Shown here in pieces: positions 10,450 through 17,550 of a stretch of 64,000 nt of DNA. Each line of letters begins with the position of its first letter. Within the stretch, counting starts at the first letter, position 1. The notes under the pieces were generated by a model. It saw only the letters and a list, made by a program, of their open reading frames with translations, did not search any database and was not told where the DNA came from. The stretch spans positions 20,873-84,872 of the forward strand of contig JBIIKO010000008.1 in assembly GCA_044233125.1 (NCBI GenBank). The letters are read 5' to 3'. The translations under genes were made by a program, and so were the position numbers. This DNA comes from Luteolibacter sp. Lineage in GTDB: Bacteria; Verrucomicrobiota; Verrucomicrobiia; Verrucomicrobiales; Akkermansiaceae.

Positions 10450-11112
10450 CTACCCCCTCCCCTCCTCTTCTTGGACGATTTCGGACATGGATTTATGGTA
10501 GTCTGCGTCCTCTTCGTTGCAGCTACCTTTCACACGCATCGATCTTATCTTACGGCCGATGCTGAATGCACTGGCGCTTGTGCCCTCTTCATTTAAAGCG
10601 ACCGATGCGGACATGTTAGGATCGATACCCATCCGACCGGCCGTCGCGATGGCATCTTGGTTGGCCGCGAGGAAGATGAAATCCCAGCTGTATTTCTTAC
10701 GCTGATGCGTGATCATGCGATTGATCTGCTCCATCGTGAATTCGGTCGAGGCATTTTCATAGCCGTCGGTATAGATCGCAATGATCACCTTTCCGGGGCG
10801 TGACTCCTCGGGTTCTTTTGCTAGTTGCTTACCGAGTCCTTTGATGGTTTTACCAATCGCATCAAGGAGAGCTGTCGATCCTCGTGGCACATAAGTCTTC
10901 GCATTCAGTCCCCTCACTTCTCTCAAAGGCAAGCGATCACAAATCTGGAGAAACTCATCATCAAAAAGAAGCAGAGAAAGATTCGCTTCTCCGGGAGCTT
11001 TGAGTTGCTCTTTTACAAAGCTATTAAAGCCACTGATCGCAGCTTCTTGGAGGGATTCCATGGATCCTGAGCGATCAAGCACATAGGCGATTTCTGTAAG
11101 GTTTTGATTCAT
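10450..11112 (-). CDS. Stand-alone von Willebrand factor A domain protein
   Basis: Complete MIDAS: VLDRSGSM (DxSxS), GSTALLDA (T), IYTDGYENAS (D). Confidence 0.85.
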   Translation of the reverse strand: MNQNLTEIAYVLDRSGSMESLQEAAISGFNSFVKEQLKAPGEANLSLLLFDDEFLQICDRLPLREVRGLNAKTYVPRGSTALLDAIGKTIKGLGKQLAKEPEESRPGKVIIAIYTDGYENASTEFTMEQINRMITHQRKKYSWDFIFLAANQDAIATAGRMGIDPNMSASVALNEEGTSASAFSIGRKIRSMRVKGSCNEEDADYHKSMSEIVQEEEGRG

Positions 11113-11144
11113 AGTGTTGTTTGTTTCTCGCCCCGATGTGTCGG

Positions 11145-11300
11145 GGTTGGTTTTATCCCGAGCCTGTCGAGGTTGGTTTTATCCCGAGCCTGTCGAGGTT
11201 GGTTTTATCCCGAGCCTGTCGAGGTTGGTTTTATCCCGAGCCTGTCGAGGTTGGTTTTATCCCGAGCCTGTCGGGGTTGGTTTTATCCCGAGCCTGTCGA
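11145..11300. repeat. Tandem repeat, 6 x 26 bp (GGTTGGTTTTATCCCGAGCCTGTCGA)
   Basis: Six contiguous units counted directly; unit 5 ends in CGG. No spacers. Lies 33 bp upstream of the vWA start. Confidence 0.97.
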
Positions 11301-11325
11301 GGGAATGATTCTTTTGTAAATTACA

Positions 11326-11352
11326 GGGTAGGACACCTATAGGGTGATGTTG
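11326..11352 (+). promoter_or_regulatory. 27 bp motif, copy 1 (GGGTAGGACACCTATAGGGTGATGTTG); putative operator or insertion junction
   Basis: 22 of 27 positions match 15406-15432, upstream of the WYL gene. Confidence 0.4.
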
Positions 11353-11627
11353 GATAATTAGATGCCTTCGCAAAGGGGAGCGCGGGCATCCTGCCCGCTA
11401 GGAGACTCTGAAGATGCGGGCGAGACGCCCGCGCTCCCTTGTTGAGGCTGTGGCCTAGGGGTTCGCACTACCGGCTAGAGCGTTTACCAACCGCACTGAA
11501 TGGTTTAGAATAAGGAAGGCAAGAAGGCAGGAAAAGATGGGAGCGAAGTATTCCTGATTTCCTGATTTAAATTTCTTTCTAGTATGCAGAGTGGAAAGCC
11601 AAGCGGGCGAGACGCCCGCGCTCCCTT
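11353..11627. repeat. Composite REP-like block: inverted pair GGGAGCGCGGGCATCCTGCCCGC...GCGGGCGAGACGCCCGCGCTCCC, ~150 bp spacer, third REP half
   Basis: 11353-11450 recurs at 13824-13921 (98 bp, 1 mismatch seen). 11385-11627 recurs at 15134-15376 (243 bp, about 90% identical by eye). Confidence 0.9.
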
Positions 11628-11642
11628 TTTTGGGGTCATCCC

Positions 11643-11734
11643 TTCTTTGGGGTCAGGTGTCGCATCTTAACGTTTTCGAGATATCGCTTTCTTTGGGGTC
11701 AGGTGTCGCATCTTAACGTTTTCGAGATATCGCT
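11643..11734. repeat. Tandem duplication, 2 x 46 bp (TTCTTTGGGGTCAGGTGTCGCATCTTAACGTTTTCGAGATATCGCT)
   Basis: Two exact adjacent copies read directly. Confidence 0.93.
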
Positions 11735-11790
11735 TATCTTTAAAGATGCTTTATTGCTACGAGAAGGAAAATCTGAATTGATGAAGTTTG

Positions 11791-11857
11791 ATGAATTTCT
11801 GATAGTAAATCATTTCAGCTAACTCCACTCTCACCTCCCCTGCTCTTCTTGGACGAT
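11791..11857 (-). pseudogene. Remnant of a vWA-gene 3' end plus downstream flank
   Basis: Aligns with 10410-10479. The last 24 nt match 23/24 (CCTCCCCTGCTCTTCTTGGACGAT) and encode IVQEEQGR* versus the vWA end IVQEEEGRG*. Confidence 0.55.
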
Positions 11858-11871
11858 GGATTCGTTGAGGG

Positions 11872-13176
11872 TCATGCTTTGGGGAAAGTTAGCCGGTGGG
11901 TTTTCTGAATCTTGTTCCGCCATTCGTCTGAGAGCTTGGCTTCCGCCGCAAACTCCGGCCAGCGTTTCACTGCGGCCTGCACTTCCTCGATGATGGATGC
12001 CGCGCGCCCGCGCTTCATCAATGCCGCCTTCCTGCATGCCTCGAAATCCGCCAGCGTGAAACCGTCCCGTTTTCCGTTCAACGTCATCTGGTGCATCGCC
12101 GTCCATGCGCCGCCCGGATTGTAGCTGTAGGTCACGTCGAAGGCCGGCGCGAGAGACCACTCTCCTAGCTGATTCATCAGGAAGGCGATGTTCTTCACAT
12201 GGTCATCCTGATTTCGGGCCACGATGTTGAAGACCATCCGCCGGAACTGCTCCTCCACCGCCTCCATCGCCAGCTCGAGCTGTCGGATTGTCAGCAGCGC
12301 CTGCTCGTAGCTGTAGGCTCCGGCCTGATTGAAATCGAAATGCGCCAATGCGCAGAGCGACTGCATGTGCAGCTTCGCGCCTCCCGCCAGCCGGTCAAAA
12401 CGGCGCGTCATGAAGTGCCGCCGTCCGTTCTCTTCCAGCAAACGGCACTCGCTCATGCTGATGCCCGCCGCCTTCGCCATCAGGTGATAGGCATACTCGA
12501 TGGCGCCGTAGCCTTTGGGGTCCTCCAGTTCTTTATCCTTGTTGCCCGCCACGCCGTCGAATTTCAGCAGCCAGTAGTCGAAACCCTCGCCTGCCGGGAT
12601 CTGCCCCGAGTGCACCTCGTTCGTCGTGCGATTCCACGCGATCACCGCCTTGGCCCGTGCGCCGCCGGCGGATGTGCCCACGCTCAAAATATCCCGCAGT
12701 GCTTGCTCCTTCCCAGCTTCGTGAAAATGCCCCCGTAAATGGTCGCGATGCGTCAGCACCTCTCCTGCCAATCGCACCAGCGCGTCCACTTCGATCTTCG
12801 ACGCTCTGCGCTGTTTTGGTCCCATCAGCGGCGCAAATTCCAATGCGCCCATGCCTCGCGCGCCCGTGTAGCAGAGCCGCTCCACCGCGTTGAAACTTTC
12901 CGATGTGCGGCCTTGTGTCGCCAGCCACGCGTCAATTAGCGCATTACCGAACTTGTCTGGCAGCGAATCCGCCAGCAGCCCCGGCAGGCCGTGAAATGTG
13001 GTTCGCGGTAGCGCCGGAAATTCATACACCCGCTCGCTCAGCGGCATGACCAGCGGTGATAGCTCGATCCCGCTGCGCGCGAAGTCCGCGTCGTATTGGA
13101 ATGCCGCGACCTCGCGTTCTTCGTCGAGCGACACTGCGCCGATCGTCCGGCCCCAGAGCTGCACCTTCGCGATCAT
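11872..13176 (-). CDS. hipA: HipA-family kinase toxin
   Basis: N-terminal couple_hipA region (GLPGLLADSLPDKFG), SAGGARAKA P-loop, WLLKFD, EYAYHLMA, NQDDHVKNIAF and LAPAFD. ATGA-coupled to the upstream HTH gene. Confidence 0.92.
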   Translation of the reverse strand: MIAKVQLWGRTIGAVSLDEEREVAAFQYDADFARSGIELSPLVMPLSERVYEFPALPRTTFHGLPGLLADSLPDKFGNALIDAWLATQGRTSESFNAVERLCYTGARGMGALEFAPLMGPKQRRASKIEVDALVRLAGEVLTHRDHLRGHFHEAGKEQALRDILSVGTSAGGARAKAVIAWNRTTNEVHSGQIPAGEGFDYWLLKFDGVAGNKDKELEDPKGYGAIEYAYHLMAKAAGISMSECRLLEENGRRHFMTRRFDRLAGGAKLHMQSLCALAHFDFNQAGAYSYEQALLTIRQLELAMEAVEEQFRRMVFNIVARNQDDHVKNIAFLMNQLGEWSLAPAFDVTYSYNPGGAWTAMHQMTLNGKRDGFTLADFEACRKAALMKRGRAASIIEEVQAAVKRWPEFAAEAKLSDEWRNKIQKTHRLTFPKA

Positions 13177-13526
13177 GCCGGCTCACCCCATGTCCATTTT
13201 TTCGGTGTCCCCACCGCCGCCTTTTTGCCCGTCGCCCTCTGGCGCTTCCGACCCGCTTGTTTTAATTGCGCCATCGGGCTCACCGCTGGCTCCGGGATGA
13301 ATGCCTCAAGATTATCCACCAGCCCGAGCGCCCGGCACACGCGGATGAATCCCGACAACTGCGTCGCCGCCGCCCCCAGTTCCAGCCTCTGCACCGTCCG
13401 CAGGCCGAGTCCCGCCTGTTCCGCCAACTGTTGCTGCGTGAGGTTGCGCGCCAGCCGAATGCCGGACAGGCGCTCCCCGAGCAGCCGCGATAGCGCTTCG
13501 TCCGTCATCTTGGAGTCCATCTTCAT
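13173..13526 (-). CDS. XRE-family HTH antitoxin (HipB-like)
   Basis: RLARNLTQQQLAEQAGLGLRTVQRLELG HTH, directly upstream of and overlapping hipA. Confidence 0.88.
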   Translation of the reverse strand: MKMDSKMTDEALSRLLGERLSGIRLARNLTQQQLAEQAGLGLRTVQRLELGAAATQLSGFIRVCRALGLVDNLEAFIPEPAVSPMAQLKQAGRKRQRATGKKAAVGTPKKWTWGEPA

Positions 13527-13528
13527 AC

Positions 13529-13661
13529 ACGTCTAAAGTGGCGCGTTATCATGAATTGTCAATTTAAAACGCCACATAAGACACGTTAATAAAAATCATT
13601 TAAAGCGCCATAAATGGCGCTCTAGAACCGAAATTAGCGACCATGGCGTCATAGGTGGCGT
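13529..13661. promoter_or_regulatory. Four degenerate 16 bp palindromic boxes upstream of hipBA (putative operator array)
   Basis: 13529 ACGTCTAAAGTGGCGC; 13569 reverse complement GTGTCTTATGTGGCGT; 13605 GCGCCATAAATGGCGC (perfect arms); 13646 GCGTCATAGGTGGCGT. Confidence 0.6.
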
Positions 13662-13699
13662 AAACTGAAAACGCCCCACTCCAGGCAGATCGGCACGGA

Positions 13700-13823
13700 C
13701 GGTTGATGAGTCCGCTTTTGCAGTTGCGCGAGAGTGCCTTGTCCACCGCCGCGCGCGAGCCAAGATCGAGAAAATCCTGAGAAGTCCAAACATGATCCTG
13801 CGGACCCGTCCGAAATAACCTTA
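13700..13823 (-). pseudogene. N-terminal fragment of a DUF6088/AbiEi-like (type IV TA antitoxin-type) gene
   Basis: Translation VWTSQDFLDLGSRAAVDKALSRNCKSGLINR matches the remembered DFLDLGSRAAVDxALSRL family motif. No proper start (abuts the REP block) and the similarity stops after about 40 aa. Confidence 0.6.
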
Positions 13824-13921
13824 GATAATTAGATGCCTTCGTAAAGGGGAGCGCGGGCATCCTGCCCGCTAGGAGACTCTGAAGATGCGGGCGAGACGCC
13901 CGCGCTCCCTTGTTGAGGCTG
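13824..13921. repeat. REP-like block, copy 2
   Basis: Near-identical to 11353-11450. Confidence 0.92.
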
Positions 13922-14044
13922 ACTCTCAAAATTAACGTTTATCTGCGTCCATCTGCGGTTCATTTTTTTGGGTTGCATGAAGAGTGGAAGGCTATGCGAG
14001 CTAGCTCTTTCGTTCTATTCATTTCCTTTTGAGATGAGGTGGCT

Positions 14045-15037
14045 TTAATCTTTCCCGGACAGGCGATACTTTTGGAGTCGGGAATTGGGTTTTTCGGGGA
14101 TGGTGCGCTCGATGAGCCCTTGGTGGAGGGCTGGATTGAGGTAGTTGGCACGGAAGGTGGGACGGTGGGAAAGTTTGAGGCGAGTCATGCACTCCATCGC
14201 GCTAAGAGGCTTGGTTTTTAGTAATTTTAGCAGTGATTTGACTTGGTCGCTGACTTGATCGCTGACTTGGTCGGCTGTAGAGACTTCACGGAGTGCAGTG
14301 AGAAGAGCGGCGAGCAGGAATTCGATAAAGGCGGTGGAATTGCCGACCTTGTCGCAAGCCCCAAGCACCCGGTAGTATTCCGCCTGGCGGTCGCGGATGA
14401 CAGTTTCCACGGGAAGAAAGGAGAAGAGCGGATTCCAGTGGCTGAGGATGAGGGTTTGCCAGAACCGACCCATGCGGCCGTTGCCGTCGACAAAGGGGTG
14501 GATGAACTCCAGTTCGTAATGGAAAACACAACTGGCAACGAGTGGGTGAGTGTCGGTGCGTTTCACCCAAGCGAGCAGGTCCTTCATCAAACCGGGGACA
14601 AGGTCAGCGGGCGGAGCGAGGTGGACAACGCGTTCCCCTTGGGCAATGCCAACGGAGCGCGTGCGGAACCGGCCCGCGTTATCGACCAGTCCGCTCATAA
14701 GAAAGCGGTGGGCGACGAGGAGATCTTTTGCGGAATGGGGATTCCATCCGGCCATGGCCTCGTAGGCGGCGAAGGCGTTTTTCACCTCCTGGATTTCGGA
14801 CGCTTTACCAAGAACCCGCTTACCTGCGATGACGGCTGTGACCTGTTCGAGCGTGAGAGTGTTGTTCTCGATGGCGAGTGATGCGTGTATCGATTTGATC
14901 CGGTTTTTACGACGGAGTTTAGGAATATTTCCTTGCTCCGGCAAACCTCCAAGACGCCCCACCTCGGTAGCAATTTCCGCCACGAGCGAGAGAATGGCCG
15001 GGGTGATGGTGAACGGTGGTGCGGTGGGTGAAGACAT
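14045..15037 (-). CDS. Fic-family protein with N-terminal inhibitory helix and C-terminal wHTH
   Basis: Canonical HPFVDGNGRMGR motif. SLAIEN fits the (S/T)xxxE(G/N) inhibitory motif. (S/A)DQV x3 linker from 12 bp tandem units at 14239-14274. Confidence 0.92.
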   Translation of the reverse strand: MSSPTAPPFTITPAILSLVAEIATEVGRLGGLPEQGNIPKLRRKNRIKSIHASLAIENNTLTLEQVTAVIAGKRVLGKASEIQEVKNAFAAYEAMAGWNPHSAKDLLVAHRFLMSGLVDNAGRFRTRSVGIAQGERVVHLAPPADLVPGLMKDLLAWVKRTDTHPLVASCVFHYELEFIHPFVDGNGRMGRFWQTLILSHWNPLFSFLPVETVIRDRQAEYYRVLGACDKVGNSTAFIEFLLAALLTALREVSTADQVSDQVSDQVKSLLKLLKTKPLSAMECMTRLKLSHRPTFRANYLNPALHQGLIERTIPEKPNSRLQKYRLSGKD

Positions 15038-15133
15038 GGAATCGAGATCCGTTTTTTCTTATAGGCTAATTTTCTCTGAGAGCGCTCTGGTTATTCTACT
15101 TTTTTCACATTTCTGGCAAACACTTTGAAATGA

Positions 15134-15376
15134 GGCATCCTGCCCGCTAGGATACTCTGAAGATGCGGGCGAGACGCCCGCGCTCCCTTGTTGGGGTTGA
15201 GGCCTAAGGGATTTGCGCACCCGGCTAGAGCGTTTACCAACCGCACTGAATGGTTAGAATAAGGAAGGCAAGAAGGCAGGAAAAGATGGGAGCGGAGCAT
15301 TCCTGCATTCCTGATTTAAATTTCTTTCTAGTATGCAGAGTGGAAAGCTATGCGGGCGAGACGCCCGCGCTCCCTT
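15134..15376. repeat. Composite REP-like block, copy 3
   Basis: Direct repeat of 11385-11627. Confidence 0.92.
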
Positions 15377-15405
15377 GCGTTCAAATTCGCTTCGGTTCAG
15401 AACTA

Positions 15406-15432
15406 GGGTGGGACAGCTTTTGGGTGATGCTG
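15406..15432 (+). promoter_or_regulatory. 27 bp motif, copy 2 (GGGTGGGACAGCTTTTGGGTGATGCTG)
   Basis: Matches 11326-11352. Followed by the inverted repeat CATGAAT-cctc-ATTCATG (15438-15455) over the likely WYL start. Confidence 0.4.
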
Positions 15433-15452
15433 CTTGTCATGAATCCTCATTC

Positions 15453-16481
15453 ATGGATGAATTAGACATGGCAAAAGTTCAAGATGCTGTTCGTGCGGGT
15501 AAGACCCGTGCACCGATGGAGCGGATTTACCAGATTCACGAGGCGGTGGCCGAGGGTCGGTTGCCGAATTGTACGTCGCTTGCAAAAGAGTTGGAGGTGA
15601 CGGCGAAAACCATTCAGCGCGATATCAATTTCATGCGGGACCGGCTCAATCTACCGCTGGAGTATGATGAGCAGACGCATGGCTTCCGCTACACACAGGA
15701 TGTCAGCCAGTTTCCGGTGTTTGAATTGCAGGCAGCGGATCTGGCGGGCTTGTTCCTTGCGCGCCAAGCTCTGGATTCTGTGAGAGGCACGCAGTTGGAA
15801 ATGACCATGCGTGAGGTTTTCAGCAAGCTGACCCAGTCCATCGAGGGACGGGTGCGCTTTTCATGGGCGGAGCTCGACCGCTCGCTTTCCCGTAAGCCCA
15901 GTTCCGTGACCCAGACCGATTTGAAACTTTTTGGCAAACTGGCGGATGCTGTGATTTCCAGAAAAGAGATCACCTTCCGCTACCGCAAGCTTGGCTCCGA
16001 TGAAACGGAAACACGTCACGTGCGTCCTTACCACTTGGGAGAGGTCGATCAATGCTGGTATCTGATTGCGCACGACTGTGACCGCGGAGGTTTGAGGACC
16101 TTTGCCTTGCCCAGACTCAACAGCCTTAAAATCCGAACCGAGCGCTTCGAGCTGCCCAAGGATTTCGATGGCGGTTCCTACCTCGGCACCTCGTTCGGGA
16201 TATGGACCGATCCTCAAAATCCGGATTTCCGCCAGGAGGTGAGGGTTGAATTAAGAGATTACGCGGCAAGGATCGCTCAAGAACGGCGCTGGCATCCCAG
16301 CCAACAAATCATCCCACTCAACAACAAGGCGACCCGGGTGGAAATACGTTTCGAGGTCGGGCGGTTAGAAGATCTACTCAGATGGACCCTGAGCTGGGGC
16401 AGCCAGGCAAAAGTCATCGCGCCAAAAGAGCTCAAAGAAAGGGTAAAGGCCGAGGCGATCAAGATCAGCCATTCCACCTGA
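15453..16481 (+). CDS. WYL-domain transcriptional regulator (HTH-WYL-WCX, YafY-like)
   Basis: HTH LAKELEVTAKTIQRDINFMRD; WYL core VRPYHL...QCWYLIAHDCDRGGLRTFALPRL; WCX LLRWTLSWGSQAKVIAPKELKE. Start moved from 15333 because that lies in the REP block (ATG at 15453 or 15468). Confidence 0.9.
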   Translation: MDELDMAKVQDAVRAGKTRAPMERIYQIHEAVAEGRLPNCTSLAKELEVTAKTIQRDINFMRDRLNLPLEYDEQTHGFRYTQDVSQFPVFELQAADLAGLFLARQALDSVRGTQLEMTMREVFSKLTQSIEGRVRFSWAELDRSLSRKPSSVTQTDLKLFGKLADAVISRKEITFRYRKLGSDETETRHVRPYHLGEVDQCWYLIAHDCDRGGLRTFALPRLNSLKIRTERFELPKDFDGGSYLGTSFGIWTDPQNPDFRQEVRVELRDYAARIAQERRWHPSQQIIPLNNKATRVEIRFEVGRLEDLLRWTLSWGSQAKVIAPKELKERVKAEAIKISHST

Positions 16482-16550
16482 TCAGGTGGAATTCCAAACT
16501 CTAAACTCTAAACTCTAAACTCCAATCTCTAGGCTCTAAGCTCTAGGCTT
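16471..16550. repeat. Perfect 22 bp palindrome (ATTCCACCTGATCAGGTGGAAT, 16471-16492) followed by 7-8 degenerate heptamers (AAACTCT)
   Basis: Read directly. Lies between convergent genes and overlaps the WYL stop codon. Confidence 0.85.
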
Positions 16551-16562
16551 CACCCTTCTCAC

Positions 16563-17096
16563 CTATCTCCCCCCGATCAGGAATCCGTTGCCTTTGTTGC
16601 ATTTGCCGGATGCGGTTGATTTCGAGATCACGCGGCCTTGGGCGTCGCGGTAGGTTGAGGAGTTCGTGCCGGAAGTGCTGGACTGGGTGCCGGTGAGTCT
16701 GCCTGAGGCGTCGCGGTATTGAGTGTAGCTGCTGGAGTTGGAACGTTGGTTAGTATGGGCGCTGCCGGTGACACGACCCGACGAGTCCCGGAACGTGGTG
16801 GATGAGGCATTTGAAAACGTGGAATTCGTTGTGGCCGAGCCCGTGAGTCGGCCACTGGCATCGCGGTATTCGGTGCGGGTGTTAGAGCCGTAGGAGGGAC
16901 GAGTGGTCGCTGTGCCGATGACCCTGCCCGAGGCATCGCGGATCACCGCGCGCTCCGTATTGCTGAACTGTTTCTGGCGTTCGATGGTTTGGACGACACG
17001 TCCGGAGGCATCACGAACCACCTCCCGACAGGACTGAGCTGGAGAAATACCCACCAAACCCAATGCGAACAAAACCGAGCAAAGAATCGTCTTCAT
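16563..17096 (-). CDS. Small secreted Ser/Thr-rich protein with six RD(A/S)(S/Q)GR repeats
   Basis: Signal peptide MKTILCSVLFALGLVGISPA. Six beta-hairpin-like x(Y/F/I/V)RDASGR(L/V)xG repeats at about 25 aa spacing. ATG at 17096 preferred over 17132. Confidence 0.8.
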   Translation of the reverse strand: MKTILCSVLFALGLVGISPAQSCREVVRDASGRVVQTIERQKQFSNTERAVIRDASGRVIGTATTRPSYGSNTRTEYRDASGRLTGSATTNSTFSNASSTTFRDSSGRVTGSAHTNQRSNSSSYTQYRDASGRLTGTQSSTSGTNSSTYRDAQGRVISKSTASGKCNKGNGFLIGGR

Positions 17097-17550
17097 ATGA
17101 GGATGAAACGCAAACGGTGAAAATTTATTCAAAAAAAAACGGAAGCATTTTTGAAAAACTTCCCAGAGACCGAAAAGAGAACCGTGAAATCCTTAAACAA
17201 TTCTTGAATCGAAAGCTTCGCGCGGAGCTCCTTCGTTTCCTTTGTTTCCTTCCGTGAGAAGAAAATATTTTACAACCCCGACTCATCGGGGCGGAAAGAT
17301 AACGAAGGGATGGGACAGCTCCTCTATCGCATCCTTTTTTAACCAAAAAAGATTCAGTCCAAAAAGGCTTGTGATGCAGGCCCAAAATTCGCGTGCCTTC
17401 GCAGGCTCATGATCTCTAACATGATGGCCATGCCTGTTGCTTTCATTGAAAATATTTTCGGTGTCCGCTTCAGTGAGGCAACGCGCGCAGTGCGTTTAAC
17501 CAGCGAAGTTTTTCGTGGCATGCTGTCGTTTTTTATGACAGGATACCAAC

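Noticed and set aside
11145-11300. Possible CRISPR array
   Set aside because: The units are contiguous with no unique spacers, and no cas genes are in the window.
11831-12160. 109 aa ORF overlapping hipA
   Set aside because: Out-of-frame shadow of hipA; only its last few codons are informative (vWA remnant, reported separately).
15333-15452. N-terminal extension of the WYL ORF
   Set aside because: It begins inside the REP block and translates repeat sequence (GRDARAP).
1-16500. Prophage, ICE or IS boundaries for the defence island
   Set aside because: No integrase, transposase, tRNA or phage gene is recognisable in the window; the left boundary lies outside it.
17131-17139. A9 tract (and A8 at 4441-4448) as a phase-variation switch
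   Set aside because: The tracts are short, the reading frames are intact and there is no evidence of slippage.
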